A DNA stretch of 35,592 bases from Octopus bimaculoides (taxonomy: Eukaryota). The translations under genes were made by a program, and so were the position numbers. The stretch's first letter is position 1, and each line of letters opens with the position of its first letter. This document shows positions 31,464-35,592 of the stretch, one piece after another. Location: contig NC_069006.1 in assembly GCF_001194135.2 (NCBI RefSeq), positions 18,326,381-18,361,972 of the forward strand. The letters run 5' to 3'. The notes beneath the pieces are model-generated. The model searched no databases. It saw only the letters and a program-made list of their open reading frames with translations, and was not told the DNA's origin.

Positions 31464-33923
31464 GACATACAATCACGCACAGAAATGCATACAAACAAAC
31501 AAGAAAGAGCTCGAGAGTGAGAGAGAGGGAAGAAAAAATATGGCGGCAGGATGAGAAGGGAAGTGAGTGAGTGAGACAGAGGTGGATATTAAAATTTACA
31601 GATTTGTCAATATAACATGATTGAAATGCATGGCGTGGCGTTGCGCTGTATACTTTCAGCAAGCAAAGTGGAACGGCAAGACATGCACCCATCGTCACTC
31701 GGTGCATCACCTTTCCTGCATGCAATTCTTGTACGCATAAATAGGCAAACACGCCTGCACGCTCACATGAATATATGCGCGCGTATCCGTATAAGGCTCG
31801 TTCAATCATAAGAATGCGCACAAGTACAGACACTATCTCTTTCACACACCATATAATATATATGTATGTAGGTATGTATATATAAACATAAACATGCATA
31901 TATATATNNNNNNNNNNNNNNNNNNNNNNNNNNNNNNNNNNNNNNNNNNNNNNNNNNNNNNNNNNNNNNNNNNNNNNNNNNNNNNNNNNNNNNNNNNNNN
32001 NNNNNNNNNNNNNNNNNNNNNNNNNNNNNNNNNNNNNNNNNNNNNNNNNNNNNNNNNNNNNNNNNNNNNNNNNNNNNNNNNNNNNNNNNNNNNNNNNNNN
32101 NNNNNNNNNNNNNNNNNNNNNNNNNNNNNNNNNNNNNNNNNNNNNNNNNNNNNNNNNNNNNNNNNNNNNNNNNNNNNNNNNNNNNNNNNNNNNNNNNNNN
32201 NNNNNNNNNNNNNNNNNNNNNNNNNNNNNNNNNNNNNNNNNNNNNNNNNNNNNNNNNNNNNNNNNNNNNNNNNNNNNNNNNNNNNNNNNNNTATATATAT
32301 ATATATGCACACACACACGTACAAACATACTTGTATATAAAAATATATATATACATTTGTATATCTATTATCTATATAACCATGTGTGTGTGTGTGTCTG
32401 TATTCACAGACAAACACAGTCGTGTACCCATGTATCATAATTTTTACAATCATAACACCTCAATGCTATAGATATCTTGAAGAAAATTACTCATATATAA
32501 ACACAAATTTAGATAAACAAAGTTGTTTTTTAATCTAAAATATACTCTTCTTCATTTTCTACAATGCTCTTCCATTTATGTGGTTGACTTGCAAGGCCCC
32601 TCTTTCAAAATTCACTCGTCCGTGATGAAAAATACTCCTCCAGTACTGTTCTGACATTGTCTACAGAATTCGTACTTTATCTGTTAGTATAAATATACGT
32701 ACAAAAAATTGCTTAAGTCACATCATCTAATTTACCTCCTTCCCCAGCTCACATAACCCACACCTGACGTGTCGTACATTATTTAATGACCATATAACCT
32801 TTACGAAACGTATTTGTTAATTATCTGAATGAAAATTCTGTTAGAAAATGAAAGGAATATTAAACTTTCGTCAACCTATCAACTATTTACAATGAGTGGA
32901 TGACAGCAAAACCATAGCAGCGGTGCGTTACCCTGATGTTCAATCGCAGTAACACAAAACATGGTTAGAACTACGAGTTTTTCAGCCTATACAGCAAAAT
33001 ATAATTAACCATGCAGTTGATCTGAAAGAGGATAAATTTGATATACGCTACTCGTATAACGTAGTTTATATATGTTATATTTATGGTTACATTATTTATT
33101 CCAGTGCTGCCACAAAATCCTATTTACATGTACAGAATCATACATTTTTCACTACCAGACCGCTTTAAAGTATCTGTCAATAAGCGTATGATGAAACATT
33201 CGAAATTTGCTTTTTCACAAAATGTACTTGTAAAATAGGAATGTGTCCTGTGCAAGAGATCGTCTTACTGAATACATACACAGATACACTCATATATTTC
33301 TGTGTGAGAGTGAATATGTGTATGTATATGACAACACCATCAATGATGATGATGATGATGATGATGATGACGATGATGATAAATTTTGCTGAAATCTGAA
33401 ACTTCCCAGTCTTGTGATGATACTGAGTTTCACGCCTTACCGATCCGATTCTGAAGCAATAGACGAAGCGAAGCAATCAAATTTACAATTGTATAGGAAA
33501 TAAAACATAAAAGAAAAGAAAATAATAATAATAATAACATATATTTAATAAAAATGTAAATTGAATAAGAACCGAATAAAAGACGTTGAATATTCTCATG
33601 AATAGAAGAAAATTGTGCAATAGTATTATTGAAGGCAGTTCAAAGTGCACCATCTACGGCATTTGGGAATAGTTTGACGGCGAATTTTTGATTTATCGCT
33701 GTAAGTATATTGAATGTTATGTGTACGTTAACAACAGAAATTACATTGTTACGAGGCAGTCCGGGGTTCAAGCATGAGACATTGTAAAATATCTCAGCAA
33801 ATATGTTGATTTATGGCTGCATATAGACATTAATTCTGAACTGGTGATTACGATAATATTCTTATGGAAGAAAATAGACATCTTTCTAGAAAGACAAAGA
33901 TCACATCTATCAGTGTGTGTGTC

Positions 33924-33965
<42 letters not shown>

Positions 33966-34922
33966 AGAGTTAGAAAGAGCGAGAGAATGTGTGTGTGTGT
34001 GAATATATAAGTTGGAGGAGGGCTCATTAGTCGGTTCGGGACACGCGAGGAAATTGATAATCAGTAATATCAGATAATTATATATATAGGCCTCCACGAA
34101 GTAAAAGGGGACAACCTAGTGGCGACAGGTAGTTAGTGATCTGTGGGTTTTTGGAACTCAGTCACGTTAGCGACGTCAGATACTGCCCGAGGGAACCGGT
34201 ATTGTGGTGCCTGGTTTTATGTAATTCGGTCTGTGTGTCACAACATAGCTGTACCAAAAAATTGCACTTCATAAGAACACTTAATAAGTTTAGTTTAATT
34301 TATTGCTCTTGTGCTATGCTGTGCTGACGAGCCCAGATAAGAATGAAATGGCACTATACATGGCTAACAACGACAAGAAGCTTTAAGAACTTTATATTAT
34401 ATAGAAGAAAAAAATATTAAATGTATATGCTCTTTGATGTAAATTCCTCAACTTAATTGAATTTAGCTTGACCGAGAAGAGATTATCTCCTTTGGTAAAT
34501 TCAGCCGAAGTACATACCACGGGTTTCAAGTAAAATTCGTTTACTCTATTGTTGGGTACGGACTATTTGAGTTACGACTAAGATGTCCATTTCGGTATGC
34601 AAACGGTCAAGATCTTGAAGTTCATTAATAGGATGTAGCTTTCATGACAAGAGGGTAGATAACGTTTCCTATTGGTGGATTGTGTAAGCTGATGTAGTAT
34701 ATGCAATCCGAGTCAACAATAACAAATGCCTTTCCTTGATGCCCGAATTTTTAAATAGTGGTAGAGTTTTCACAGTGCCTCCAACTCGAAGAGTGTGTGT
34801 GTTGCGTATATCTTCCTTTCAAATGATTAACTGCCATGCATATATCCATGTAAGTACATACGTATGCCTGCATATGTCTATGTATGTATGTATGTATGCG
34901 TGTGTATGTGTTTGTGTGTGTT

Positions 34923-35166
34923 ATCACGTGACCATGTGACCGACCAGACTATCAGACGTTGTTAAACATCGATGGTCACAATGCGCTCTACATCGTTTTA
35001 GCCTTCGAATAACGCTATCTCGCTGGTTAGGCGAGCAGGTCAGCATTCTGCCCCCGAACGAAAGGTGGACTGGAGGCACGTGAAGTGAAGAACACAACGT
35101 TCCGCCCGGTCTGGGAATGGAACTCATGATCTTGCGATCGTGAGTGCAACAGCCACACGCCTTCAC
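34923..35166 (-). mobile_element. tRNA-derived SINE with a distinct 3' tail
   Basis: Minus strand GAAGGCGTGTGGC...GAGTTCCATTCCCAGACCGGGCG shares the head/B-box region with 242-320. The tail (GAAGGCTAAAACGATG...GGTCACATGG) is unlike other copies. Confidence 0.75.
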
Positions 35167-35430
35167 ACGTGTAACAAACAAATGCATATCTATGTATATA
35201 TACATATATATGTAGATATACTCACATATGTATACACACAGATACACATATGCACTCAAATATATGTATGTATGTGTCTATGTATGTACGCATGTATGTT
35301 AGTGTGCGCATATATGCGTGTGTTTGTGCGTGTATGCACGTGTGTATGCGTGCGTGTGTGTATATTTGACTTGGACTTAAGTATACCACGTTGAAAGGCT
35401 AGACATTTCATAAGAGCTTTACATAACTCA

Positions 35431-35463
<33 letters not shown>

Positions 35464-35557
35464 GCATACATATATACATACATACATATACACAACATAC
35501 ACACATATATACATACATGTACACATATATGTGTGTGTGTGTGTACAAACACACATG

Positions 35558-35592
<35 letters not shown>

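Overview
AT-rich, microsatellite-saturated, non-coding animal genomic DNA with 12 assembly gaps (about 4.6 kb of N). The repeat families and microsatellite load look like an octopus (cephalopod) draft assembly; this is inferred, not proven. No host protein-coding exon, tRNA or rRNA gene could be supported, and almost all ORF-track entries are translations of simple repeats or N runs. The window is a patchwork of mobile-element relics: several tRNA-derived SINE families (Meta-like and CORE-like central domains, shuffled heads and tails), a decayed Penelope-like element (PLE) reverse transcriptase fragment, two Tc1/mariner derivatives, two Helentron/HINE-like elements, a palindromic MITE, and a probable RTE-type C-terminal remnant with two decayed C2H2 fingers. 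The most notable signal is a set of type I hammerhead ribozyme motifs in at least five unrelated sequence contexts. The best preserved are at 3584-3671 (+), 12290-12335 (+) and 16048-16082 (-). The 12290 motif has a decayed sister copy 507 bp upstream, a spacing of about 300 bp once an inserted SINE is removed, which resembles a retrozyme or PLE pseudo-LTR repeat.
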